A stretch of DNA of 61,053 nucleotides, taken from the NCBI GenBank assembly GCA_000934665.2, contig KZ538568.1:1-61053 (forward strand), in the 5' to 3' direction. Of the stretch, positions 1 to 13,920 are shown in pieces. The translations under genes were made by a program, and so were the position numbers. The notes beneath the pieces were generated by a model. That model was not told the DNA's origin, did not search any database, and saw nothing but the letters and a program-made list of their open reading frames with translations. Each line of letters starts with the position of its first letter. Positions within the stretch are counted from its first letter, which is position 1. The DNA is from Catajapyx aquilonaris. Taxonomy: Eukaryota.

Positions 1-306
1 GCAAGTGCAATGTCTCATGGTGGAGGTCGTGTGCAGTCCCTCAGAGGGCTAGGTTGACAAGACGACCCTCTAGATGCGGGTCAGAGACCTCCCACAAACG
101 CCGCACCTCCTCCAGTAGGGGACGGGGATAGGAAAGGCAGGAAGCGGCTGTGGCCTACGATTAGGAAACAACTCCGGTATTCACCTGGGGGTGACTGTGG
201 GAAACCACAGAAAACCACGGTCAGAGTTGCCGGCCTGGGGATTTGATCCCTGGACCTTCCGATTTGCAGCCGGATACCAAATCCCCTCGGCTACTGCTGC
301 TTCGGT
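1..306 (-). mobile_element. tRNA-derived SINE (3' part may run off the window start)
   Basis: The minus strand has an A-box-like TAGCCGAGGGG and a B-box-like GGATCAAATCC, followed by GACCGTGGTTTTCTGTGGTTTCCC, a core motif typical of insect SINE bodies. The segment is GC/CpG-richer than its flank. Confidence 0.6.
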
Positions 307-2158
307 GTTATGGTCAAGATATCACACAGTGTTGAGCATTTCCAATATTACGTGCAAGTGAAATATTGGACTGTAATGATCAAAATAGTTTAAGCCATCA
401 GACTTATGACTGATAGTGCATTATCTTTAATCGAGGAAGTAGTAATTCTTCTCTTCTGCGCATTTATTATCAGCGCCCAGGATCCATTCTCGGGCTGCTT
501 TCCAGTGAGCCCTTCCCATTTGTTTCCAAACAATTGTCGTGATGGTATGGTAATTGACAATGGCACCAACTTCCAGGGCAAGCCAATTGGCATTTATAAT
601 CCTACAACTGATGTGCAGCTTATACCAACCCTGCACACCAAGCAAAAGAAAAGAACTGGAAGGATGAGGAGACTGATGAATGGAAAAAAGAGGGCTGTTC
701 TCAGAAAGCAAATATTCTAGATAGAGGAGCATGCTATGGCAAGGCTATAAAAAATTACAATTGAATCCCACACTGTCACATGAGAGTGAGGGCTTCTTGC
801 CACTGGTGATAAGCATTGGTGTTTGTTGTCAGCATGTCTCAACCCTACGGAAACAAGTGATATCAGGAAATCACAGTTGATGGTATATTGGAAATATATA
901 ATAATATTACATGCTTCTACAAGAGAAAAAAGGATTTTACTGAGTTATGACTGAAGAGTCAGGGAGAAGAATTTGGTGGTTCTCTTTATGAAATTGACTT
1001 GATACCAACGTTACAGTGGAAAAAGTGATGCATACTTTTACAATGAAGTAGAAAGGAAACCATATGCCATCATCAATCAGAACCACACACATCTCGTAAC
1101 AGATGGAACATTCATCTCTAATGAAGTAGGGGCATAGGGAGAAAAGGCAAAAAACGAGTGATGAAAGCATGTGCGATGCACACAAGAGAGCCAACCTGGA
1201 GGGCATAAACATGTCCAATCTATGCGGTGGTTTCAGAGTGTAACACACTGATCTGCTTCTGCCCCAACTAATCTAAGCTCTCAGTACAGTACCTTTGTGG
1301 TGTAAGATCTCTGCATTAGGCATGAGTTGTGCCTATTCATTATCATATGTAGCAGTACTTGGCTTTCCGTTCCATGCTGTTAGCAACAGGAATGTATGAT
1401 AGTGATTGCAGGCCTATACCAGAAAGTTTAAGAGTGCTTCTATCTAGTGCAACATGGTTTATGGATTCAAGAGTTACAAAGAGGGATGGGGCAGAGTATG
1501 AGCACCATTTGAATAATGAAAATTATGGCATGAATATAATTATGTGAAGATAATTACTTCATTCATAGAAAGAAGCACTGAATTCAAGTCCTCATTTTCA
1601 GGGGGATTCCTAGGGATATAAGTAAAGCCATATCAGATCATGCAAAATAATGTAATTACACAAGAATCCTGTAGACAGCAATACCAGAAATGCTGTGTGT
1701 TCTGATTGCAATGTCTAGAATGGTTGGTGATTTTTTGCCACAAAGTTGCTTACCATTAAGAAGTTATTTTCAAGCAATAACTTAAAGGTTATCAAAGGGT
1801 TGTGGTGTAAGGGTCCACTGGTTCCAAGCAACTATTTTATTAGAACAGGCTCTACCAAGGCTGTCCCTTTATTTATATTCCTTGGGGACATCTCCCACCA
1901 GGACGTTATTTGTCTGGGACAAAATTTTCTGTCACTGCCACTTAGTGATATAGACTTCTAGTAGTCCATATTGTTGAGGGAAATTCACTTTGTGGCTGCA
2001 TCCTTCTCTTAGCCCTTCAAGGAAGATGTAAGATGTTGTTAGGCATTGATTTTGCATTAAATATGAATATTGAATTAAATTATCTCGATTGTTTAAATGA
2101 CTCATGAACATTACAAAGCATTACACAATCTGCGACCTTTGTGTGGTACTTCCACAGC

Positions 2159-5100
2159 ATGAGCCCAAAGGGACCTGGACGCAATTACACTTCTGATGAG
2201 GGGCCTGTTGCTCGCACCTACAACATGGAGCCCACCTTCACTATTTCAACTGCTGGAGATGTGGATGAGCGTCACCCAGTCCAGCGTGTTGCTTCAGTGG
2301 ATAGCCGGTACCCTTACTCTGAGGGTGGAGGAACAGGAAAGCCTGCATATCACGACCCATCTGTGTATGATCCATCTGAGTTGAAGAAAATCACTATTGA
2401 CATCCGTCGAAGTGTCCCCCGTGGTGCATCTCCAGTGGTGCGGCGAATTATTCGACCTGAGGATGTCATTATTGTGAGGCGTATGGGAGAAGGTTCACGA
2501 CCCATATTTGACAGAGATGAACTGCGGGAGGCCATGAAGGAGAGGCAACGTTTAGAGTCTGATTTGCTACCTGAGCAAAGGATTATGTTTTCCGGGGGTG
2601 GGAGGTACTCTTCAACTTCTCCTGTCCCCCACTACAGTGGTGGGGGCGGTGGTGGAGCAGAAGTGTATTACCATCCATCTTCCAGGGATGGCCCACCACC
2701 CAGGCGGTCAAGGTCTCGGGAGTACCACCCAGAGAGGGGACATGATGGAAGGTAAGTTTGAGAACATTGTTGCATGATGAGAGCCTGACCTAAAATGTTT
2801 CTCATTGTAGCTGATGCACTGTCATGAGTTTGTTGTTCAGGAATATACAGTGAAACCTATCTCACATGGGATGGAGAGTATATTTGAGATCTCAGTAAGG
2901 AGGGGCGGGTGCACTGAAATTAATATTGTGCAAGGGTGTTTAAGAAATGTGTAAAACCTGCGCAGGGTTAAAAATGGGTGGGAATTGTCTGTATATGTGA
3001 AAATCACCCTGGCAGACAAGAAGGAGGTGGCAGGTTTTTGTAGAATTGAGTGCCCTACCAAATAAGGGAGCTACAAAGTCCAGAAACAAAGTATGTGGAT
3101 GACCCTTGCTTCATGAGGACACAAAGGCTATGAGCTTTCTCGCCCTCAGATTGCTTCTTCAAACTCTTTCCAAGTTGTATGGCTGCCACTTCCATCCCCT
3201 GCATACATTAATTCTATTTGGACACCAAAAAGACAGCTAATAGGCACCAAATTAGAGGTGGATGGCAGACGTTAATGTGGCTTAAATTCTTGTCTCTAGT
3301 TTAGAATATTGACAGATGTAATGGAAACTTGTCTACAATGGTAACTGTTTGTGGAATTGACAAAGTCTAGTACATGCAGGTTTCACTCCATCATGGTGGT
3401 ATGGGCTTGTTCCATGTCAACCAGTACTCATGTGTTTGTATGTTTTTCAAAATACCAGATACCAGTTGCCTATAAAGATGTCACAAACGTATGGGTGTAT
3501 GGTGAGTGGCATTATGACAGACTGATGTGAGTGCAGGGGTGGTTTGATGCTCATGACGTCACACACTCTATTCTTAATAAAGTGGTATTTGAAAATGTCC
3601 CAGGGAGTGTAGTAAAGGGTTTAATGTAGTGCTTTTAGGCCCATACTGGCTCTGCAAATCTTGTGGTTGAGTAACCCCTGCTTGCAAGCAAGTCTGGGTT
3701 GAATCCAGGGTTGAGTTGTAATGGATCAATATGCATAACAATAAACAAGCACAGAGTATAATCGACTTCAGCCCCAAAACCATGCCTTGCTTTTTCGGGG
3801 TGGAAAAGGCATCATGCACCTTCACAGGGTGTTTCTGTGCCTCAGATCTATCCCTGCGAGATATTACCATGTGTTTTCACCCAGCCTCAACCTCCTCCAG
3901 AAACTCCAAAACGCTCCCTCCAATGAATGGACTCTGACTACCATTTTCGAATGCTCTTAATTCTAGCTCCTACAGTATATGCTTGTTAGAAGAAATAGGA
4001 TACTAAGGCATAAATAACAGTGACCTCTACTTATGAGATTTTTTTTCTTCTGTTTGGCAGGCCGTACAGCGGTGATCGGAGGGACCGCAGTCGCTCCCCT
4101 CCTGACTATCCAGGAAGGCGTAGGAGCATGTCACGTGAGCGCCTTCCCAGCTACTATGATGCCAGGCCTCTGTATGATGACGAAGACCGGTTCAAAGGGG
4201 AGAGGTATGAAAGGTAAGTCCTGTACTGGGACGTGCCTTTTCACTCCAGAGTATTTGGTTTTCTTTGGATGTTAAACAGTCATGCAGGACAACTTATTTA
4301 ATTTATTTTTTATGATAATGAAACAAAGTTGAATTTATGAGGTGCATTTAATTGAATTGGAAGTATGTAGGCCTATGTATTTCTGCAGTAAACATCTAAA
4401 GTGGTAAATCACACTTTGTATGGAGTCAAAATGTTAAGACCATTGGGGGAGGGGGGGAGGCAGGAGTTGCGCAGAAGCCCGGCATCCGCTAATTGGCATT
4501 TACGAACATTATTTATTCATTTTAAAACTATTGAATCATCTTTTGCCCTAATTTTAGGGTGGAATCTCTTGAGGAGGTTTGGGGGCAACTGTGTATGCCA
4601 AAAATTTGCCGGTCAAGGTCGGATGGGTTTTTTTCAAGGTTTTTTTTTCATCGGCCGCAAAAAGATGACTTCATTCAAGTTAATCAGGTTAATCCGGTAT
4701 ATTTATGCATGATTTTGTAGTCCAAAACACGCGCTTTTTTTAGTTTACGCGAGAGAAAATTAAAAAAGCCACACAGAAACCATGTTACATAGTGGGCTAT
4801 AGTTTCGCCAGCAGAATTTTTTAAAGCCAGCGTCCCAGCATATGTGATGCCCGTCTTATTAGGGTTAAAGACTCGATATTATTAAGATACCCAGCAAGTT
4901 TTTTGTTGTTGTTATGCATGATATAGAAGACTGTTGTGTCAAAATGGAGCCTGCGGTGGATGTGCATTTAAGGGGTGATTTGGGGTTGGAGAAATTTTGC
5001 TTACAACACTTCTTGAGATGGTGTGTCTCTTACAAGATTTTTAAATATCTCGTAGCAGTTACTAACCTTCGCGCATAGGTCATGTCACTTGCAGGGGCAG

Positions 5101-8100
5101 CGATTTCAGGACTAAAGTTTTGACAAAAATCTTGTTTTCAACTTGTGATCGGTGATCCCTGCTTTGAGGAAGAAATAGTTGAGGACTTGGGTAGCTAGCA
5201 CCTAAAAAGTTGTGCTAATTCTCTGAATGATATTGTTTGGAGACTCTTGGGGCATAGTGAAAACAGTGACAAGCAATTAGTTGCTGGTAATGGCAACTTG
5301 TCACACATTACTTGTTGCTCATGGTGTGCACATGGAAAGCAGTGATTTCCGATCACATCAATCATAAAGGTAATATCGGTACTCCCTGTGCATTCTTGTG
5401 ACTACATGTTATGAATGGTGACGTCATTAAATGACAATCATCCTAAACAGCCATTTGATTTGGAACATGAGCTACTCTTCCCAAGTCATGCTTCAGGTAA
5501 CTAGTCACCTGAAGTGGGTGATTAGTTGCCTTCTGTGCATACATTCCTGTCCTTTAGCATTGATCTAAAGTGATTTTCAGGCACTTGCACAAATAATGGA
5601 TGTGTCATCCACTCTGTGCACTCATGAGCTAAGTCATATATCTTGTGGTGAACTAAGCAAAACACAGAGAGATAGAGAGTTTATGGAGTTTATGCTGTGC
5701 TTCTTTTATTCCCCAGCATGTCAAGTGACCTGCGCCATCGCATCAATGAGAAGAGGAGCGACAATGGCAGTGGTCACGACAAGTGGGAATGGCAAGGGGG
5801 ACCAGGTAGTGACAGCTTGGACATGAGGGAAAGGCTCAATGAGCGAAGAGCCAATCGATCCGATTTTCCACCAGGAGAAAGACGTAGAAGTAAGATGAAT
5901 CTTTTATTTCACACATGTTTATTGGTGAAAGTAGGTTTTTAGTGAGAACATATAGTCGCTACATGATAACTGGACCAGGACTGGTCAGTTCAGCACTGTC
6001 TACCACCTCCATGGGTGAAACACATTGCAATAACTTTGTCCTCACATCTAGGTCCAAATAATATTGTATAGGAACTTTAATATGCAGGGTGGGCGGAAAG
6101 TAATTCCCTATTAGTAATGTAATAACTTTGTCAAATAGGAAACAAGTTTTATTTTGTAACTTGCAGTGGGAGAATTTATACGCCCACCCACTAGATGGCA
6201 GCATTAGTCATGTAAGTAGTCAAAATGGCTCATTGCCTTAGCGTGAGTGAGAGTCGGGTGAGAGTTGTTCTCTCCCCTTCATGGCCCCTTCCTCCTTCGA
6301 AATACCATGAATGGAGAGCTGTATCTTTCCATGCTGTAAGGTCAGTTGTGGCCGATTATCATACAATGGAATTCCTTCAACCATATCTTCGTGAATGATG
6401 ATGCACCCCCACATTTCGCATTGACTGTCCATGCGCGGCTGGATAAACCATTGCCAGGTCCTTGGGTGGTCTGAATTTTTCTTGTGAGGTTGGGGAAAGG
6501 AGGAGGTGTACTGCACCAAACCACAAAATTTGGATCAACTTGAGCTCATTCAGGATGTTCTGGGCAAAGTCTCACACGACCCTGCAGGATTACATGCATA
6601 ATAAGTCTGTCGCTCGCATTCAGAATCGCCTACAGAAATTAATGGAAAATTCTGGTTCCTATGTGGAATTTTAAGTTTACAGACAAATTCTCCCATTGCA
6701 AGTTACAATGTAAAACTTGTTTCATCAAAGTTTAGCAATATTTAACAAAATTATTACATGTTTCTAATAGGGAGTTACTTTCTGCCCACCATCTACATAA
6801 TGAACATGAATTTTAATTGCATTATTCCAGGTTTTGATATGACTTCCCCAGAGAGAGAGATGGGATTAGGTAACCCTAAGGGTGAAGGTGGAAGCATGTT
6901 TGGGTTTCGGCAGGAAAATACTTGGGATGATGGCAGGCCTGAGTATGTGCCCAAAGGAAGAAACTACTATGAGGTGAATACTGTCTATAATAGCTTTCAT
7001 ATTTTTGAAAGGCTGATGAACTCAGATCAGGGGGTGAGTGACTTATTTTGACCGCCTTCTCTTGAACGAAAGTTACATGTGATGGTGTCTACAGGTACGT
7101 TGTTGATTTTGATTGAAAAGGGAGAAAATGCTTATATAATGCATATTGAATGCAATACTAACCTATAGTACCTAATGTTAATTTATTTTTTGAATATTTT
7201 CTGGAGTTTCAGATGCTTTATAAGGAAAGCTATTTTCTTCCCCATAATGAAAGCACATATTTAAATGTATATATTTTGAATTTAGTGGTTCATTATCCTG
7301 AGATTCAATAGTCCCACTTTTTGCAGGGTATTGCATCTGTTTATGGTGGCATCCCCCACATGATTGACATCTCAGGAGCTTATAGTACCATACTTTGAAA
7401 GCTGGAAGTTGCTTTCACGAAGTTTAATTATAATTAAAAATCAGGAAGTGGATCCCTGGCACGGATCTCTTGTCAGGCATGAATGCATCATTCCTGTGCG
7501 AAATGTATTCGAACCCAAGGAAACTAGGAATGAAAATGAGGCATTTGAAACCACAGAGAAGTCCAGCGTGTCAACCTTGAGAATGACAATTGAGTCAGCT
7601 GGATAAGATCAAGGCATATAGGCCATGGAAGATATTGTTAATTGCTGTATACCAGTAGTTCAATTGAATGAAGAGGTTCTTCAGTACTAAAGCAATGAAG
7701 GAGATGCATTGTTTGCTGCACTGGACCCAACAAGTTTTGGGATGATTATAGAGTTTGGAAGAATATTAGAGCGATGCCATTGCTATTGGATTCAAGGAAC
7801 TATGGATTTTCCAAAGAAAGTATCAAATTGCTGATAAAAGGAATTGGTCTTCTCGACATACATCATAACATCACTGTAGGTATGGCTTACTCTTAAATTA
7901 GGGAAGGAACAGGAATGTGAATGTGAAGAGAAGGAGGTAAGCGGACGAACAAGCTTACTTGCAGCAATTTGTAAGTGATGAGGATAATGAGACACTCAAG
8001 TCAGTGGAGATGCCCTGACTGATGTATGGAGTCAAATTAAAACAACACTGAAGGATGTGATATGCCAATGGCAGCCAAATGCAGTAATGAGGGCTAACTC

Positions 8101-11100
8101 TCATCACAAGTCTTCATAAGATATAGAATCTTGCAATTGCAGGAGAGTGGAGACTTTTGCCCACAATTACTTGTTTGTAGGCTTTGCAATAGCCAGGAAG
8201 AAAAATTCTTACCAGGACAATGCAATGAAAACACAGAATCAATGACACAAGACACAAGAGGCCCATTTGAAATCGAAGAGTACTATTCAGTATGATGACT
8301 CCGGGCAAATGAGTACTTTGGACAGCATACAAACTTTTACTGAGCGAAATTAAGATCAGATAGGAATTTTTAAAATTATTTCATGGAATACTCTGGGAAG
8401 AAAACATGAGAGAAACTGTTTGTTGCTGAACAAGACATCTCAATTGAATTCAAAACATCACATCAAGACAACTCCATAATAATAAATAATAGGATATTTC
8501 ATGATGAGTTTGTGGGCCTATTAGGGTGCCTTCTTTTAAGTACTGGCTTTATTCAACTGTTGTACTGCTGATGGATTCTTAAAGTGATGGAAAACAAGAC
8601 AACTCCAAGGAAACGCAAGTGTGGACAGAGCCATGATAAACTTTTTCCACCTAAGGAAGACTTTGTCCAACTCTAGGTTCAACCTCAGATGTGGAAGACT
8701 GTGCCATTAATTAGCATACCACCATGCTTCCCTCGTGAACTCATCTTTACAATGCGACTATTAGGCATTGCATCAGAGCACAATGTGGTCAGGAACACAA
8801 GCATCTTGATACCTTAATTATTGGTGTTACAATCAAATGAAGCAGTGTTTAATCACAAAATTGACGAGAAAGGAGTGGTACAGAATGTGCATTAATCGCT
8901 TTTGCAGTCATATGAGATTTAGATATGGTAGTTCTGAGTTTGATATTTTTTCCTTGGTACTCTTTGGTTAGATTCATTAAATTTGATGTATGTGCCAAGT
9001 GTATACTCCCACCACTCCAGCATATGGCTCCACTCTCTCTGGATGTGATGTACTCCATTCCGTGGTGGTGCAGTAAATTATTGCGACGACTCACTGAAGT
9101 GGTCCCAGGACTGAAAGTTTGATGACTCACTGGATGTTTGGCATCCTGCTGTTGAAGTTGAAATTAAGGGATCAAGAACATTGGTTGCAGCCACACATAC
9201 TCCACAATGTCTACCATTCAGCAGCATTTTCAAAAAATAACTTGACAACTTCGTAACTATTACTTTGCCAGTGGACCCTAATCTGGCGAAGCACACCTAT
9301 TCAAATCAGCAATGGACTGTACGGTGTGCCACGTACAGTATTTTTCTGGTGTTCTCATGCACTTACGTGACAAGACCACTCCGCATTTTGTTAATCTTAC
9401 TGAAGCCTTGCTGGAATTGGCAAGATATGGATTCTGACTTAACATTGCTCCCCATGCAGATTGGATATGATGGCAATCACAAACTATTTGGTATCCTGCA
9501 ACCATGAACTGGAATAATATTCTGCCATTTGGGATTTATAAAAGGACTTATCCAGGAAGATGGAATGCACCTGCATATCTGCTGCTTAGACCTTTGCATT
9601 TATCTACTATATTTAACGTAATTCACTTGGAACTTGACTTGAACTAGAATTCACATCAAAATTTTCTGCGTTGGATTCTGAAGCTGCATTAGAGTACAGA
9701 CCTTTTAAGACGTTTGATTATTGCAGCTTAGTACCAAATGCATATTCCAACAAGGGAGTTAATTTGACATCTTACTTTAGAGTTTGAGAATTGCTTGCCT
9801 AGCTTTGTGTGTTGAACCTTGAGGGTTAAAGAGTAAACAAACCAATTCAGCATTGTAATTAATAAAGGAGGATCATCTGACTTTGACCAAGATTTTCATC
9901 AGGTGAAAATGAAGATCATCTGAGCCATCACTGAAACTGCCAAAGACAGTCTGCTAAGAGAAGGCAAATGTTTGGAGACAGTAATCGCTCTCACTGCAGG
10001 AGAATTTTGTGGATAGAAGGGAATACAAGAGAAATAAAAGAAGAATCATAAGTGAAGAATTGCAGATGAAAAGAGTTGGATGAGTGCATGTAATTTCTTC
10101 AATGCATCTGCATCGAACCTAATGCAGTTAAATGGAAAAATATCTTTTCCATCTAATGCTGAGTCACAAAACAGCAGTGTTGAACTGTGGATATAGAGGA
10201 ACTATTCCTGAGAGAAGTCAAGCAGATGGAGGCACTCACACCATTGACAATTACTCAAGAAGAATCTGGATGGTTTAAGTGAAGAAGAATTCTCTCATAT
10301 GTGTTCACTGCAGCATGATGCATTAAGAAATATTCAGATGTTCCTGCAGGAACAGGAAATCATGCATTTCATAGCAAGTAATAAGGAACAGGAAATCATG
10401 AGGCCATTTTAGGGGTGCTCTGCTACCTCTGAGCTACTCGGCTACCTGAGCTCTGTCTCTGACTTATTCTACAACCTTATAAGCACTTAAAGTGAAGACC
10501 TTGAACATGACTTTTCTGAGGTTTCTTCAATGAAATTAGGCACTAATGTCAACAAAATATCATTGAACTGAATATCACAAGTTTTGGTACTAAATTATTG
10601 CAGGTTCCTCAGAAAGTAATGATAGAGATTTGCTTCAGTGCAGTCTTAATTATTTAAAAAACATTAGTACCCAAATCAATGACTGCTTCTACTGTTGCTT
10701 TATAAGAATAAGCACTGTCGTGGAGATGTGTCTCGTGGTTTTGTTGTGGTCAGTACATAACAAAGGAGATGAGAAGGAGTCAATACCAGGGAATATTCAA
10801 TGTTCTCTTTCAACATGGGATCTGCTGGACAAATTGCCAGTGTTCAACATTCACCTCACAAGATAGTAACCTGCCTGCTGTAAGAAAGGGTAGTTGCACC
10901 TGGTATTTTGCTGTACTTAAAGTGCCTTTGCACATATATTTCTGAAGACGTAAGATGCAACTGATGTCCTTTGACCAGGAAAAAATGAGTCAACTATGGT
11001 TCATTGAGCATGGGGCTAATGTGGACATCTGCTCACTCCCAACACAATATCCCCAGCATGTGAATGGTGGCTGTGGACTTGGACTTAATGCAGCACCAAA

Positions 11101-12941
11101 TCTGTTCAGATGAGCCATGGAGCTCTCCAGTTGGAAGAAATTCTCACAATAATTATTATGTTTTTCTGGATACAACAGCATAATATTGTGTAGGAGCCTA
11201 TGCACTGGAGTTACTGTCATTAGGAAATGTAGCAGACACATTTGTAAAATGTAGCCATCCAATATTGCAAGGGTAAGTTGCAGGATTATAATTTTTGCTA
11301 TGATGGACCAGGAGACTATGCACTTGGTATTCACATGCATGTTCAACACAAGAGTTCACTTTTGGGGCATTTATGGACCTGATCTTCAAAACACACTCCT
11401 GCCATCAGTTGCTGCTTTTCCTCACACATGCAAGAGGAGGCATCATTGACTGCTTGTCACTTGCTCCACATCAGCTGCATTTGTCAAGATTGGGGAAGCT
11501 GACTTCAACACTTACTTGATGTCCCATGTTCCCAGCCGCTTCAGTTGATGACATGGTTTTCGAGACAATGCATGGTACACCCAAGATGGATGGCCCCAAT
11601 CTTGTCAGCTGCTGTTCTTCCCAGTGGGATCATCTCAGTTCCAGCACTTCAAATTGGTGATGCCAACCAAGAACCTATTCAGTGAGCCAGCTGTACCTGA
11701 GGACTACTACAGATGACCCATCCACCTTCTTGGATCTCCATCTGATGTGAAGGATGAGGCCAGATCTTCAGGACTGAGGAGAGATGGCAACTGAGGAGAG
11801 ATGGTACTCTGGCACAGCCATTGGGTTGCCAAATGGTGCTCGTCAGAATATGGAACACCCTAGGCAGTGGCATCAGAAGCATTTCATTGGGAGAACAAGT
11901 GAATTGTGACTAAGGATACCGCCATATACAGTAGCTGAGCGGTCCTTTTTAGTGTCCCCTCCAAGTTGCATAGTCTCTTTACAAATAATTAGTGGTAACT
12001 TCATGCATAGCGTGTGAATAAATTGGAATTGCTGGTACAAGGTGCAAAATACAGTGCAACTACTCTGCTTACAATGTATGGCTCTCTAATAAACTGGACT
12101 CGGGCAAATATCTGAAACAGCTGAATAGATTCTGCAATCGCGTGACATGGTTAAATACTTGGATATGCAGAGTAACTAAAGGACAGGAGGAAAGGCATAA
12201 GCAGCCCATCCTCCCTCCTGAAGCAGAATTATCTACTAGTGGCAATGAATTGAGAAATCATGGGCTTGAGAGGTGTGAGCCTTTAGAATGAGTTAGACCT
12301 CTCTCACGAGAAACAACAGGTAGGTGAAAACATTGGCATTGTCTGTCTGATCCTTTAGTATTAGTGGAAACTGGGTGGGTCCCCTCTGTATGATAACTTG
12401 AATCAGAATGCCTGCTACTCTCTAACAAAGCATTATATTAAAAATAGTCGATTACCCGCCTTCGTGACATTCTTTAATGTGCTTATTTTTGACACACAGC
12501 ACGATAATCGCGACATGGTGCCCTATCGTTCTGGAGGATGGGGTGGTGGAAGAGGAGGTAGGGGCAGGCCTTGGAGAGGAAGAGGCCGAGGAGACCACAG
12601 AGGTGGAGGAATGGGAGGAGAGCGTGGGGGTGGAAGAGGAGGGCGAGGTGGTGGTGGCGGGCCTCCCTCTGGTGGTCGTATTGTCGTCCCCATGCACAAG
12701 AGAGGTAAAATCATACACTAGTGTAATCTTTTGTTTTAAGCACTGATAACATGTTATCTGAATAAATACTTGGCAACTTTGTGCATAGTTGTTGTATTCC
12801 CTGTGTCACGCACGAGCACAGGGGTATGTGCCATGTAGTCACTTCACTTTCTGGTTGCCTTCTGTAGGAGCGGCTATGCATTGGGAGCACGACATGTATG
12901 AGAAAATTGCTGGCGAGGAGGCTGAGGGAAATCCACCTTGA
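2159..12941 (+). CDS. BCLAF1/THRAP3-like RS/RGG-rich RNA-processing protein with C-terminal Btz-like motifs (5' end may lie upstream of the window)
   Basis: Phase-consistent GT-AG exons 2158-2751, 4061-4213, 5717-5889, 6831-6973, 12500-12704, 12868-12941(TGA). The product has RSRS tracts, SDLRHRINEKR, PEYVPKGRNYYE|HDNR, an RGG tract and WEHDMYEKIAGEE, matching the recalled layout of the THRAP3/BCLAF1 C-terminus (PEYTPK..YYLHDDR...RGRG...WAHDKF.GEE). AATAAA at 13392. Confidence 0.75.
6085..6793 (+). mobile_element. Internally deleted Tc1/mariner-superfamily (Tc3-like) DNA transposon
   Basis: TIRs CAGGGTGGGCGGAAAGTAATTCCCTATTAG / CTAATAGGGAGTTACTTTCTGCCCACCATC, TA on the right (TG on the left). 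Decayed transposase C-terminus (PHFALTV..., WGKEEVYCTKPQNLDQLE..., RLQKLMENSGSYVEF*). Confidence 0.8.
9130..9520 (+). mobile_element. Possible decayed LINE endonuclease fragment
   Basis: The translation DPNLAKHTYSN resembles the GDLNAKH motif of LINE AP endonucleases. It is heavily degenerate, lies inside a 5.5-kb intron, and boundaries are approximate. Confidence 0.3.
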
Positions 12942-13920
12942 GTTTTTGACCTAGTGCTGAGTTTGAAGAGAGAGGCTTTTCAGTGTTTTCATGTGGATAT
13001 GGATCATGCCCAGCATCATGGGTGTTGTTATACTGACCTATCCTTCACCTCTGTAACTGCCCTAGTGTAGCCTTCTTTATGTTTGTTTCTATTTTGTTAA
13101 TGTGTTATTTCCCCCCCCCCTCCCAATTGAAGATTTGCTGAGTGTTTTAAATAGGCGGCAGTGTTATGTGCCAAGTGCTTGAACAAGTTTTTCAACATTG
13201 TAGCATTCCATAACAAACATATTTGAGTCTGACAGGTTTGGAGGTTGCATAAAGGAGAGCCAACTTATTAGAAATAAGGTATATATTCTCTTTAGTTGAC
13301 TAGTACAGTTTCGTTTCGATAAAAATAGACTCTGGCATGTGTTAAACATTGGTTATTCAGTCCCCTTATTTTTTCACTATTTGTGGAGAACAATAAAAAT
13401 GTAATCAGTTAACAAAACGAGTAAATAGGTTACATTTATAAAACTATGCATTTCTGGTGGTAGTTTTAGTGCTATAATCAACTGGTTAGCTGCACACAAC
13501 ACTCTGTGGTCATTGACACTTTATTATGGCATGATTGTCATTGGGAATTAATTTCACTAATAGCAGTGTGTTACTAGCAATTAAAAAAGTCTTGCAAAAG
13601 AAAAAGTTACAACAAATTTAGCTTGGAATTTACACTACTCCAGCTAAGGTGCATAAAAATGGCAGGTTTTCAATATAACCTGAGTGGGTCCCTATGGCTC
13701 GGAATTTAAGTAGTCTTAAACAGTGGACGGAATTGTTACGTGGGGATTGTTTATTAGCACTCCCTGCATGCAGCAACTGTGCTTTTGTTGAGTGGCATGA
13801 GGGGGGGGGGGNGGGGGGTGTTATGAGCCACTTAGAACGTTTGATTACAAGTAGCACCTGAAGGTAAATATTTAAGTGGTTCAATGGATAAGGAATCACT
13901 GGGTTTTGTTGCAATTCTTC

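Noticed and set aside
2771..2818. Box C ATGATGA ... box D CTGA with TGCA terminal stem
   Set aside because: Under 50 nt, too short for a typical C/D snoRNA, and no guide sequence recognised.
4400..4870. piggyBac-like element ending AGGG|TTAA (similar isolated ends near 16090 and 45360)
   Set aside because: No matching opposite terminus found, so element boundaries cannot be supported.
7400..11900. A nested gene inside the 5.5-kb intron
   Set aside because: Only short ORFs with no coherent exon chain. It looks like decayed repeat debris that I cannot classify reliably.
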